64,000 bases of DNA, from contig NC_134471.1 in NCBI RefSeq assembly GCF_964194025.1, forward strand, positions 16,120,001 to 16,184,000, written 5' to 3'. Both the position numbers and the translations under genes were made by a program. Below, piece after piece: positions 36,826 to 49,162 of this stretch (the stretch's first letter is position 1; every line of letters starts with the position of its first letter). This stretch comes from Convolutriloba macropyga (Eukaryota). The notes under the pieces are model-generated. The model saw only the letters and a program-made list of their open reading frames with translations, did no database searches and was not told the origin of the DNA.

Positions 36826-39090
36826 TCTATATATTAATTCAGTGTCGACATAAAAGGCACCATGTTTAAGCTCCTAATCTTAACTTGTTTTAACAGCCCC
36901 TAAACATGCTTTTCGGCAAAAAGCGACTGGCAATAGTCGGATTCCAGCCGGGGTCCGTGAGTTAAGAGGCAAAAGCGCAATGAGTTGAGCTAAGAAACAG
37001 ATGAGTCACGTATTTATCGGGATTTTTGTCCATTAACGTCGTATCCGTTTCTACTTTCTCCAATTCCCTCCTTTTTTCACAATTTTTTGTGCTCCACGCC
37101 TTTCTCCTGTCACTATCTATCTTCTATCAATCTATATATAAAAAATAATTTGAATACCTATACCACCATGTTTAAGCTCCTAATCTTCACATGTTTTAAG
37201 GCCTCTTAAATACACATCAAAGCGTTTTGATTCGCATGTATTTTGAAAAAAGTCAATGACCGAAAACTTGACCTTTCCAAAAAGTAAATGACCGAAAAGT
37301 TACCTATGCTGTAAAGGTCAATGACTGAATACTGAATGTAAAAATGGTTTCTCTGTTCGAAAAGCTGCCTATGACCGAAAAGCAGTCATCTATGTCTATA
37401 TATTAATTCAGTGTCGACATAAAAGGCACCATGTTTAAGCTCCTAATCTTAACATATTTTAACAGCCCCTAAACATGCTTTTCGGCAAAAAGCGACTGGC
37501 AACAGTCGGATTCCAGCCGGGGTCCGTGAGTTAAGAGGCAAAAGCGCAATGAGTTGAGCTAGGAAACAGATGAGCCGCGTATTTATCGGGATTTTTGTCC
37601 ATTAACGTTGCATCCGTTTCCACTTTCTCCAATTTCGTCCTTTCACAATATTTTGTGCTCCATACCTTTCTCCTGTCACTATCTATCTTCTATCAATCTA
37701 CATAATAAAAATAATTCGAATACCTATACCTTTAGGTTTAAGCTCCTAATTTTCACATGTTTTAAGGCCTCTTAAATACACATCAAAGCGTTTTGATTCG
37801 CATGTATTTTGAAAAAGGTCAATGACCGAAAACTTGACCTTGCCAAAAAGTAAATGACCGAAAAGTTACCTATGCCGTAAAGGTCAATGACTGAATAATG
37901 AATGTAAAAATGGTTCATCGTTTGAAAAGCTGCCTATGACCGAAAGCTGTCATCTATATCTATATGTTAATTCAGTGTCGACATAAAAAGCACTATGTTT
38001 AAGCTCCTAATCTTTACATGTTTTAACAGCCCCTAAACATGCTTTTTGGCAAATATGCAACTGGCAACAGTCGGATTCGAACCGGGGTCTGTGAGTTAAG
38101 AGGTAAAAGCGCAATGAGTTGAGCTAAGAAACAGATGAGCCGCGTATTTATCGGGATTTTTGTCCATTAACGTCGCATCCGTTTCTACTTTCTCCAATTT
38201 CCTCCTTTTTCACATTTTTTGTGCTCCATGCCTTTCTTCTGTCACTATCTATCTTGTATCAATCTACATATTATAATTCATTCGAATACCTATACCAACA
38301 TATTTAAGCTCCTAATCTTCACAATAAGGCCTCTTAAATATACATCAAAGCGTTTTGATTCGCATATATTTTGAAAAAAAATCAATGACCGAAAACTTGA
38401 CCTTGCCAAAAAGTAAATGACCGAAAAGTTACCTATGCCGTAAAGGTCAATGACTGAATATTGAATGTAAAAAAGGTTTCTCTGTTAGAAAAGCTGCCTA
38501 TGACCGAAAAGCTGTCATCTATAATATATATATAATAATTCAGTGTCGACATAAAAGGCATCATGTTTAAGCTCCTAATCTTAACCTGTTTTAACAGCCC
38601 CTAATCATGCTTTTCGGCAAAAAGTGACTGGCTACAGTCGGATTCCAGCCGATGTCCGTGAGTTAAGAGGCAAAAGCGCAATGAGTTGAGCTAAGAAACA
38701 GATGAGCCGCGTATTTATCGGGAGTTTTGTCCATTAACGTCCCATCCGTTTGCACTTTCTCCAATTCCCTCCTTTTTTCACAATTTTTTGTGCTCCACGC
38801 CTTTCTCCTGTCACTATCTATCTTCTATCAATCTATATATTAAAAATAATTTGAATACCTATACCACCATGTTTAAGCTCCTAATCTTCAAATGTTTTTA
38901 GGCCTCTTAAATATACATCAAAGCGTTTTGATTCGCATGTATTTTGAAAAAGGTCAATGACTGAAAACTTGACTTTGCCAAAAAGTAAATGCCCAAAAAT
39001 TTACCTATGCCGTAAAGGTCAATAACTGAATACTGAATGTCAAAATGGTTCATTTTTGGAAAAGCTGCCTATGACCGAAAAGCTGTAATT
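36826..39090 (+). repeat. Tandem array of four ~568-bp units
   Basis: GTGTCGAC at 36842, 37411, 37975 and 38543 (periods 569/564/568). Each unit has two sub-units sharing CCATGTTTAAGCTCCTAATCTT and a TGACCGAAA cluster. Confidence 0.97.
38062..38132 (-). promoter_or_regulatory. tRNA-derived segment (A box TAGCTCAA, CTCTTAA loop, B box GGTTCGAATCC) in unit 3; degenerate copies in units 1, 2 and 4
   Basis: The minus strand reads TAGCTCAACTCATTGCGCTTTTACCTCTTAACTCACAGACCCCGGTTCGAATCCGAC. The acceptor stem does not pair, so it is not a functional tRNA. Confidence 0.6.
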
Positions 39091-39329
39091 GTCGAAAAGT
39101 CAGTGACCGAAAAGTAGTTTATGCAATAAAGGTCAATGACTGGATAGCTGCGGATGTTTTTAATCGGAAATTTTTACGCTGAATGTTTTCTTGACCAATT
39201 TTTAAACAATATTTTGCTTCTTTTGTTTTCAGTTTTGCTTGATCTCAGTCTTAATAAAAGTTTTGAACAACCGAAGTTTAATTAACTGAATCTTTTGTTG
39301 CCAGTTTTTTTTCAAAAGTTAGGCTCTGA

Positions 39330-40373
39330 AGAATTTGGTCTTTTTTTACTTTTTTACTTTCGAAGGAAGATCTTTTCTCTTCCGTTTCTTTCTTTCTTTG
39401 CTCCTTCTTTTTCTTTTTATTTTCTCCTTCATTTGTTTTGTTTTTGGTTATATTTCTTCTATCTCTTCTGCTTTTTATCTTTGCTTTCACTTTCTTTTCT
39501 CTTTCTTTTTTCCTTTCTTTATCTCTCCTTTTCTTTTGCTTTTCTCTCTCGCTCTCTTTTCTGTCGTTCTGCTTTTTTTCTGTTTTTTTCTGTACTTGTC
39601 TGCGTTTCTTTTCTCTTTTTTTTTCTTTCTTTTCTGCTTTTAGTTTCTTAATGGTTATTCTCTTTTTCGTTCCTCTCTTTAGCTTGTCGTTCTTTCCTCT
39701 TTGCTTTCTATTATTTTCTGTCTTACTGTACTCTTTCTTCTCTGCTTTTCTTTTCTCTTTGTTTTCTTTTTTCTGTTGTTTTCTGCCTTTTTTCTCATCC
39801 TTTCTCTCTTTTGTTCCTGTTTAGCTTCTCTCTTTATTGTCTCGCTCACTTTTCTGTCTTTTTGTTCTCTTGCTTTTCTCTGTCTTTTCTGTCTTTGGTT
39901 TTTCTTTTCTCTCATTTCTTTCTGATTATTTTCTGCCTCTTTTTTTGTTTTTCTTTTCTGTCCCTCTCGTTCTCTTTTTTTCTCTGTTCTTTCTGCTTTC
40001 TTCTCTCTTTTTTGCTTTCTGTCGTTTTCATTTTTCTTTTCTGTATTTCATTTCTTTCTTTTCTCTATTGCTTTTGTCTGTTTTCTGTTTTTTTCCTGCC
40101 TTTATTTGTTTTCATTCGTTTTCTCTTTCGTTCCTCTGTCGTTTCTCTTTATTTTCTCGTTCTTTTCTCTTTGCTTTCTGTTTTTCTTTATTCTACCGCT
40201 CTTTTGTGTTTTTTCTGTCTTTTTTTCTCTTGATTTCTTTTTCTTTTATCTTGCGTTTCTCTTTCCTGTCTTTCAATTGTGTCTCTTTTCTCTCTTTCTT
40301 TTAACTCTTTCCTTTCTGTTTCTTTTTCCTTTCTTTTCGCATTTGTTTCTTTCTGCTCCCTCTTTCTCTCCTT

Positions 40374-40452
<79 letters not shown>

Positions 40453-40980
40453 TCTGTTTTTCTCTCTTACTTCACTCTTGCTTTTCTCTTTTCTTGCTTT
40501 TCTGTCTTTTGTCTCTTTCTTTTCTGTCTTTCGTTTCTCGATTTATTTTCTCTCTTTTGTTTGTCTTTCTTTTTTCTTTTCTGTCCTTTTCTTGTTTCCC
40601 TCCTTTCTCTCTTGCTCTTTTTTTCGTTTGTTTTTCTCTGTTTCATTTGTCTTTTTTGAATTTTTCCTCTTTCGTCCACCCATCTTTTTTCTCTAGTTTG
40701 TCTCTTTTTTTATCATTTTTTATCTCGTTTTATCTTGCTTTTCTCTCTTTCTCCTCCGTTTGTTTCTGTCTTTTTTCTCTTTCTTTTGTCTTTTCTGTCT
40801 TTCTTTTCTCTCTTTTTCTTCTTTTCTGTTTTGCTGCCTTTTTTCTTTTTTCTGTCTTTCCTTTGTCTTCTGTCTCGTTTCGCCCTTTCGTTTCTTCCTT
40901 TTCTCGTTCCTTTCTGTCTTTCTTTTCTTTTTTCTGTTTTCTCTCCCTCCATATCTTGTTTCTTCTCTTTTTTACGCTCC
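39330..40980 (+). repeat. ~1.65-kb polypyrimidine low-complexity tract with (CT)n core at 40381-40451
   Basis: Almost exclusively T/C on +, built from TTTC/TCTG/TTCG words around a nearly pure CT dinucleotide run. Confidence 0.97.
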
Positions 40981-41399
40981 TTAAAAATGCAGCCTATCGT
41001 ATTACAGGCGTTACGCTACGACACCATGTAGAATTTCGTTATCTGTACAAGTCTTAGCGCTCCCTAATTATAAGGGACAGCAAAGCCGAAAAAAGTTGAA
41101 CACAAAATTGCTGGGACTTGGAGGTATTATACTAAACCAAACACATCGGTAACGTAACGTAATACCTATGGCTGTTGAACGAGGGGCATGTGTTCCAGCC
41201 CGAGGTGGTAGAAAAAAATTAATTTTAAAACTTCTATTTTTCAAATGATCTTGTTATACTTTTGCGGGCCTGCTAGTAATAATGATAATGCAGACTTTAA
41301 AAATAATTGTTGTAACAAATTTATTAAATAGTCTCCACGAGCACCCGGGAGGCTATTTAATTCTGTTTCAGCTCTTGATTGTAATTATTTACTGTTGTA

Positions 41400-44300
41400 T
41401 TAGAGGCCGGACTTTGTTTGGGTAGCACCAGTTACCGGGGATTTCAGATTCCGGCGGAAGAAACTTGTATGCTTCATATTCGACTATTGCAAACGGCGTA
41501 GTATTTAACGAACAATGAAGCCCTGACTTCCGAGATCAAACTTTGGCGCAAGGATTCTTCGCAATTGTTTGAATTTTGGTTAGATTAGGTTATTTTCTCA
41601 AACAACATTTGGCGCGAGGGTTCTCCGCATTTGTTCGACTGATTAATTTGTCTTAGTTATTTATTTAGTTAAAAGGATTTAGATTATTCGTTTAATCAGG
41701 ACTTATTCAGCAGAATTTTCAGCCCTTGATCGACTATCTGCTCTTGAAGTTAAATTAGAGAAAGTAGACTTGCTGATTTTTGAAATTCAATCACTGAAGC
41801 TGGATATATATTCTCTGAACAAACCGGGTTACCCGTATCTTAGAGCTTTCAGAAATCGGATTGACAGTACTGCTAGCGATCGTAATTCAAAGAAACGAAA
41901 AGCTGAAGGCAATAAAAATGTGCTTGCCGGCTAAGAGTCTCAAGACAGAAAACCAAAATTTTTCAAGACGGGCACAAATAATAATCGTCAGACGGCAATC
42001 AGTGCAATTAAAAGACCACCGAAAAGACGGCATCTGCATTGGTCGTTTAAGCAACTGTCTCTACGGAAGATACAAGAGAATACTGCAAGAACAAGGGAGC
42101 TGATCTACTGTGTATCCGTTGAATATCTAGGTAAGATTCTCGTCTGAAATCATTCCACTGTATTCAAATTCGATAATGATCAAGTTGAATCTCCCGATTT
42201 CTGGCCCGAAAGTGTTTCATTTTCACGATTTTGTTTAAATAAGAAAACGAGGGAATGACTGGCCTCCTTTGATACATGACTACCAAATTTCAAAACTGTC
42301 AATGACCGTGTAAAAGTATGTTTACATAACGCAAGATCGGTTCGCAACAAGACCTCGCAAATAAGAAATCTTATTGAAGCTAATGATTTTAACCTCATAA
42401 TTTTAACAGAAACGTGGATCAAAGATAACTCACGTGATGAGTTTTAACTCCGGCAGAGTTGCCCAAATGGCTATTGTTACTTAAGTGCAAACAGAAAAGA
42501 AAAAAGTTGGCGAAGGATTAGCGGTGTTCTATTTGCGTGTCGATAATTCTTCAAACAAGTGTTTTACAAACGCGGAGGTGGCTTTTCCTGAATTTACGCT
42601 GGGCAAGTCAGTGTTTTTTTGGTTTGTATGTACCGTCGACAAAATACTAATGTACGTGTCTTTATAAGTGAGTTAACATTGTTTATAGAGGAGAAAGTGC
42701 TGTTGTTCAAATTTTTTTTTATGGTAGGCGATATCAATATTTCTATGCTGCTATCAAATAATGCGTCAAGAATTCGGATTTCTTTTTTGCTTGATTTTGG
42801 TTTGCAACAGCAAGTTAGCGTGCCTACTCACAAAAGTGGTGGAAATTTAGACCAGGTTTTTACATCCGAGGAGGTTGCAGTATCAGAACCTCTTGTAAGT
42901 TTCGTTACAAGCTCTGATCATGAAATTGTGCACTTTGACCATCTGCAAAAGCACGATAATTTAGCTGTAAAGAAGGCCTCGTGCAGGAAATGGCAAATTT
43001 TTGACTTGGTAGCGTTTGCAGAAAGAATTGTTGCTCCGATCGGCAGAGATAATCCTGAAAATGTCACGAAATCAGCTGTCGATAAGAACCATCCTCTGAA
43101 AACTAGATATGGGAGAAATCATACGTGCCCTTTCTTTCACGATGAGCTAAGAACGATGAAAACATCAAGAAGAAAGTTTGAGAAAGCTTTCCGAAAGAAT
43201 GCTCCCAAGCCAAAAGCCGGTTTCTTAATGCAGTTTTGGAGTATTTTGAGCTGTTTACCAAAAAGAAAAGTTAATACCTCGAATGTGTCGCTAGTGAAAA
43301 TAAGCGTGTTAGGTATTCTATGCTGCATCAACTCTTAGGAAAAAATAATGTTGTCCTGCCACAGTCACTAGGGGAGCCTGAATGTCTAGCAAATAAGTTT
43401 AATGCTTTCTTTGTTTAGAAAATAGAAGCCGTATTAGTTTCACTACCTCCAACAAATTGTCTAGAATTGATTGATTCACATACAACGATCCTGGAGTTTT
43501 CACACTGAGCAAATTGCAATTACTTCAACCAAAATTTTCGAACAGTACGGCACCAAGTGATGTAATATCAACGAGGTTATGTAAAATTGTTTTGACAAAT
43601 TCTCCGGACTACTTCATTGCGTTAATTAATTCAACTCTCCAGACAGGATGCTTCCAAAATCAGTTCAAATAAGGAGTCGTGAGGCCGCTCATAAAGAAGT
43701 CTAACCTTGATCCTGAGTTGTTGTCGAGTTATCGCCCTGTGACAAATCTAAGATTCCTGTCAAAAATTATTGAAAGAGTTGTTTTTGAGCAATTTAATTT
43801 CTATCTGGAATCCAATAATCTTATGAGCAAGTATCAGAGTGCTTTTCGTTGCTCGCATTCAACAGAAACGGCTTTGCTTAAAGTCTTTAATGATCTTCTT
43901 TAATATCTAGACGAGTCGCACTCCGTGATGTATATTGGGTTAGACTTGTCAGCAGCGTTTGATATTGTTGATCATCAGTTTTTATTTGAGATATTAGCGA
44001 AAAGGATTGGTTTGCAATCGGTGGTGTTACTGTTTATTAAGAATTATCTTTCGCGTCGTAAGCAACAAGTTATCATGAATGCATGTCTTTCTGGTGATGT
44101 TAAAGTTAAGACGGGTGTGCCACAAGGGTCGGTTCTTGGTCCTTTACTTTTGTCCTGTTACATGCTGACTTTAGAAGATAAGCTGAAAGAACCGGGAATA
44201 TAGTATCATTTTTACGCTGATGATACCGTTTTTTATTTTGAATTCGGTTCGGCCCTCAGTCAGTGCACGTTTGAGATATTTTGACCTCGATTCAACGTTT

Positions 44301-45058
44301 GTTCAGCATTGCAAAATCGAAATTGAATGCGAATAAGAGTGAGTAGATGATTATTCGGAAATGTAAAATTGTTAAACATGGTCTTTTACGTCTACCGGAA
44401 GATGGTGACTACACTGAACCGGTAAAAGTTATAGGTTGTTATTTTGATTATCAATTTACTCTGCAACGACATGTCAACTTCGTTTGTTTGAATTCATTTT
44501 ATTATCTCCATAAAGTGTGGTCAATTCGTGATCAAGTTAAAACATCAGTCCTAATTGAGTTAATTAGAGTTTTAGTGTTATCACGTGCTGACTACTGTAA
44601 TTCTCTTTTATTAACTTTTATTAGCAAAACTTCAGCGAATAATGAACACTGCCGCGCGTTTGATTTTTCGATTGTCACCTTCAACGCCATCCTCGTCGTA
44701 CCTGAAGCAGCTACTCTGGTTGCCAATTAGGCAACGCCTTGTGTTCAAAATCCTATTGTATGCGCATCGCTTTGTACATCAGCCTAGTAAACTCCCATTA
44801 TATTTATCGGAACTAATGAAACAAAACACGATGGTTACAAGGTCTCAATATTTTTACTATATACTTGTTCCAAAATTTCTCTAATTTAGGAAGACGTTCG
44901 TTCTCGCATGCTGTCGCTGTTGAGTGGAATAAACTCTCATTTGATTTGAGACTTATACCCTCTGAAATTTTATTGAGGCGAAAACTCAAAACTTATCTTT
45001 TTTGGTTTTCCTGCAATGTTGAGATTTTAAATGGTGCTTAAACCAATAATAATAATAA
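41400..45058 (+). mobile_element. Near full-length, inactivated L2-clade (CR1 group) LINE: ORF1 remnant + APE-RT ORF2 + (AAT)n tail
   Basis: ORF1 end PDFWPESVSFSRF (about 42195). Endonuclease motifs LHNARSVRNK, ILTETW, VGDIN, THKSGGNLD, SDH. RT motifs YRPVTNLRFLSKIIER, QSAFRCSHSTETAL, LDLSAAFD, GVPQGSVLGP, YADD. L2-type DYCNSLL and LxWLPI. Tail AATAATAATAAT at about 45046. Several stops and frameshifts; 5' boundary approximate. Confidence 0.92.
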
Positions 45059-45099
45059 GACATAACAACTCAAGGGTTTTTAATCCCAAAAAAAAATCA

Positions 45100-46740
45100 G
45101 TTCACAGTTTGTGTAATTTTAAATTTATTTGTTACGGTGCAGTTCCCAAGTTCCCATCCTGAACTGATACGCCACGTGCATGGTACCAATTCATTGCAGT
45201 GAAGTTCCAAGAAGTCTGTTTTCATCTTTCTGTTAGTTGTATAGGGCAAAAAAAATTTCCGATTATCTAGTGCTGCCAGTAGCAAGTGACACAAAGCACT
45301 TCCAAACAATGTCAACTTGTCGCGAGAGCATGGAGGAAACCAATAACAAACAGTGCAGCTCGAAGTTCAACGAAAAAGGCAATAGCTTCAACTGGAGAAA
45401 TCGTTCCTTAGTTGTAAGAGCCAACGATCCACAAAGCTGACCATCTTTGAACCGATTCCATCTTTTTTGTGTCGGCTCTGTTGAGACAAACAACTTCATT
45501 TGTATAAGAAAGAATTGGCATCACCTAGCTGCAATAAAAGTCAAGCTTTATGGAAACTGATTTATTAGCTGATAGGCTTCTTTTGACTTGAAACAAGGCT
45601 GCTATTGCTTTTCTGCACCTGACTTCGACATGATCTTTTCAACTTAGTGATTCAGGGATAATGACACAGAGGTCTTTAGATTAGTTGAGGGTGTAAGGGT
45701 TTTTACGAAAGCAAAGTTCAGTAACTTTTTCGGAATTTAGTGCTATGAATTTTGTTTTGCACCACGTTTTCAGAATTTTAGCATCCCTCTGCATGTCGCT
45801 GATGTCCAAACAAGCGTTACATCGTCGGCGTAGGCATGGGTGAGTGATTTAATTTGTAAAAGATCATTAATGAATGCGAGGAAAAACAACGGGCAGAGCC
45901 GAGGGACACCGCTATTGACTGAACATTTTTGACCGGACGATGCATTGCTACATCACGCGTTGGGAGCGTTCATACAAGTAACTGCTAATCAGTTGCAGCA
46001 GAAGTCCCTAGTTTCCAGACTACCGAAGCTTTTGTAAGAAGGATTTGATGATTATTTCTATCGAAAGCTTTTGGAGAAGTCAAGATACAGAACACTAAGT
46101 ATTTCGTCGTCTCCATAGGACAGGTTCAACAAAGATGACACGAAGTAGGTCATTTGAGCAACCGCTGAGCGTTTCGGAGTGAACCCGAACTGGACTTCCA
46201 GTAAATGTTGTCGGATCTGCCCTTCGGTGCAGTCATAAACAGGTTCTCGAAAACTTTTGCAACAGCAATGAGGAGGATGATTGGTCGGTAATTTTCAACG
46301 CAGATTTTACTGTCAGTCTAGTCTTGTGAACCGTGGCACTGTTATCATACTTCCATTTGGCTGGAAATACTCGCTTGAGACAGGTCTTAAAGATTAGGCA
46401 TAAAGGTTTTCTTATTGCTCTGCTCAAGTTCTTCAAAATGGAAGGGGACATACCATCATGCCCGGTGGTTTTATTTGATTTCAATTTTTCTAAGACTGAA
46501 TGAATGCCTTCTGTCACAAGCAACTTTCTCAAACAGTCTGTGTGAGTGCATTCAACTGTTAAAGACTCGCTGTTACGGTTTTCTTTTTCGGAAAACAGGC
46601 TTTGAAAAAAGCCGTTGAACATTTCAGCCATCTCTGTTAGTGTCTGCCACTGTATAGACTTGAAGGCTGATAAACTTGAATTTCGCTGTGCAGAGTTTTT
46701 TATTATCCCAGTTTTGACTCTACGTTGTTCGCGCATTTGA
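45100..46740 (-). mobile_element. 5'-truncated decayed CR1-like LINE (RT), tail-to-tail with the L2 copy
   Basis: Minus-strand GHDGM, FPAKWK, QFGF..KRSAVAQM, YLDFSKAF, SGVP, AFINDL and AYADDV in broken frames. Confidence 0.88.
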
Positions 46741-46912
46741 TTTTCTAAAATGGTTCATTCATAGCTTTTACTTGGTATCTTTGATTTGTCTCTAAACTAT
46801 TTTGAATGTCTCTAATTGACCGTTTCTAAACTAGTGTGACTTGATAGGTTTTGATAGAAATTAGAGTGTTTAAATGCAGGCGTACTAGATAACTAGTTTG
46901 ATGTAATTTCAG

Positions 46913-47120
46913 GTGGAGAAAGTGTTGCATAGCTCAGCCCAGAAGTTTCTTTATCGAGGAATGCAACGTAGAACGAACTGTTTTCGACAGATGTAAATTG
47001 GCTCAGGAAGTGAATGCCGTCAAAGAATACGAAAGGGAACGGCGCTTACTGAAAAGACGGGAACGAATTTTGAACAAATTGGCAAAAGAGGCGAAGAAAA
47101 ATGCCGAATCTTCAGATTAA
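46913..47120 (+). CDS. NDUFB7: NDUFB7 coding exon 2 (WRKCCIAQPRSFFIEECNVERTVFDRCKLAQEVNAVKEYERERRLLKRRERILNKLAKEAKKNAESSD*)
   Basis: Acceptor aatttcag|G is in phase with exon 1. The joined protein is 136 aa with twin CX9C (C-ALDYFRWRK-C, C-NVERTVFDR-C) and KEYERERRLL. AATAAA at about 47175. Confidence 0.95.
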
Positions 47121-47915
47121 CTCTGAAATTAGAAACTTGATAAACGTTGTCTTAAAATATAACCGATTTTAACAAATAAATTGGATAAATAGATATTTTA
47201 GTAACAAATATTTGATGTTTTTTAAATGCGCTCTTGGAGAGCTAGTGAATTTTTTTAACGACTATTCTACGAGTATACCAGTTTTACCACTTCAAAGGAA
47301 TTCGAATAACATATTTTTTTTGAACAACGGGAGTTACCGTATTGGTGTACCATATACAAGCAAGAGCCCCCACCCCCCGCCTTACGCACACACACGCTAG
47401 CTGATAAACTCCTTAAATTTAAACCTAAATTTCTGTTTGGGGCTATCCGAGCTCGGAAATTCGCTTTAATTTAAAATTTGATGTCAAAAATTCCAACTTT
47501 GACATAGATTTAACAACTTTTTTAACAACTTTGACAAAGATTTAATTATTTTCAGATTTTGATTGCGAATTTGTTTTTTATGGTAACTATAAACATGCTG
47601 TGTTTTAAAATTGAAGATCACCATTTCGGAGCTAGGAAACTAATTTGAAAACTAATTTGGGCAACTTCAGTTGTGCTCTTTTTCATGAAGACTTAAGCTA
47701 CCTTTTTCTAAAAATTAACCTTCCGAGGAGTTGCGGCGACCGATTTGAAAATGCAACCAAAAATGCATAGGAATAAATTAGGTTAAGACCTGTCAAAAAT
47801 TAGCGACATATTTTTGACAGGTCGTCTTGGAGACATTGAGTTATGTTTTATATTGTAACCTAATCTCTCTCTAAACAGACGAAAGAACTCTCAATTGGAA
47901 GTAACAAGTGTATAG

Positions 47916-48445
47916 TTAGGAACATGAGAAAAGTTTGTAATTGAATAACGCAAAATCAAACCAATATGAATTTATTTGTGATAACTTTGCTTTCTTTCCC
48001 AAAAATGGCGAAAAATTCCTTGAAGCATTTTCCACACTGCTGAGTTCTCCTATATTTTTCCATCTGTTGTAAAGATCGTTTATTCTCGTTGGCAAATTTT
48101 TTGACCGAAAAAAGTTATCAAGTTCGTTTGGTGTATCAACTTTCAATATTGCATCAAATGTTGTCAAGCAAGGAGAACAATTGTCCCGGATTTCGCCATT
48201 TTGCAATGCACGCTTTGATCTGCCCGGTGACTTCACATTTGTGTTTTTGCTTAACTTCGCAGTTAAATTTGAACTTTCTTCTACTTTGGTATAAATAGCC
48301 GTTTCATTGTTTTTGCTTAGCTCTGAGGGTGTAGATAGTAAGCGAAAGAGAGGATGTTGAACTGCTAGAACATTCTTTGAATCTGCCGCTATGTATTTGG
48401 TAAAATCGAATTTTGTCCTACCCCATCGATGTTTGATGTCTTCTA
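47916..48445 (-). CDS. Divergent carbohydrate sulfotransferase (Sulfotransfer_2; CHST8-14/HNK-1ST family)-like gene, last exon
   Basis: ttttag| acceptor, phase 1. VQHPLFRLLS ~ 'VRxPFERLVS', NCSPCLTTFDAILKVDT ~ 'LCxPCxxxYDxIGKxET', YWFDFALFNY ~ 'YxxDFxLFxY'. Confidence 0.85.
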
Positions 48446-49162
48446 CTAAAACATGGTAATTTATCATACTAATTTATCAACAAAAATGGCCCCAACACTT
48501 CGAGGAAATTTTCGGTGCAACAGTTTTTGACAATGTGATACCAAAAGATGCAATTCACTGTCACTCTATGATTAAACATATCAGCTGTCTCCAAATCTCT
48601 ATAAAAGCTCAAATTTTCTTAAAAGTCATTCTGCCATCTGAAATTGTAATTATCGTTTATTCATTTTGTTTCATCACCAAAAAAAGGTTCAGAATGACAT
48701 TTTGTTGTAGATGCAAATGAACTAAACAGCGGAATTTAATTCTATGACATAACCCCCTTAACAACACACAAACGGCTTCTAATTATTTTGAAATTTTGTA
48801 TGAACAATAAATAAGCCTTTTTCAAGCTAAATTTTTTACCAAATTTTCTGACACGCATTTTTTAAGTATCTAGAGTAACCAAAAACGTTACTCTGAAACT
48901 TTAGACGTTAGTTAAGCCTATTTGTTTCTCTAACAACAGCATTGACTTGACATTTAAAGTCAATGTTACGTGATCAATAGAAAATTTAGGGAAATGTATT
49001 TAGTAAATACAATAGAAGTGGTGATCTTAGATACATTAAAAAATCCTATATTACGAACATTTTCGATCTCTAATTGGATAAAAGTTCACTATTCAATCAA
49101 TTGTGAGTCTTTAACAAGCAAGTTTTTTCGATAGTTTTATCGCTAAAACTTTTAATTTAGTT

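Larger units (their letters stand above)
36826..41276 (+). mobile_element. Putative non-autonomous Helitron in the NDUFB7 intron (A|TCTATATAT ... GCGGGCCTGCTAG|T)
   Basis: 5' TC preceded by A, 3' CTAG followed by T and preceded by a GC-rich half-hairpin, no TSD. Contains the 568-bp tandem array and the pyrimidine tract. The right boundary is inferred. Confidence 0.5.

Noticed and set aside
36929-36998. Functional tRNA-Lys genes in the 568-bp units
   Set aside because: Acceptor, D and T stems do not pair, and the B box is mutated in three of the four copies.
39278-41057. Many overlapping Phe/Leu/Ser-rich (+) and Lys/Arg/Glu-rich (-) ORFs up to 196 aa
   Set aside because: Artefacts of the pyrimidine tract, which lacks stop codons; no domain signal.
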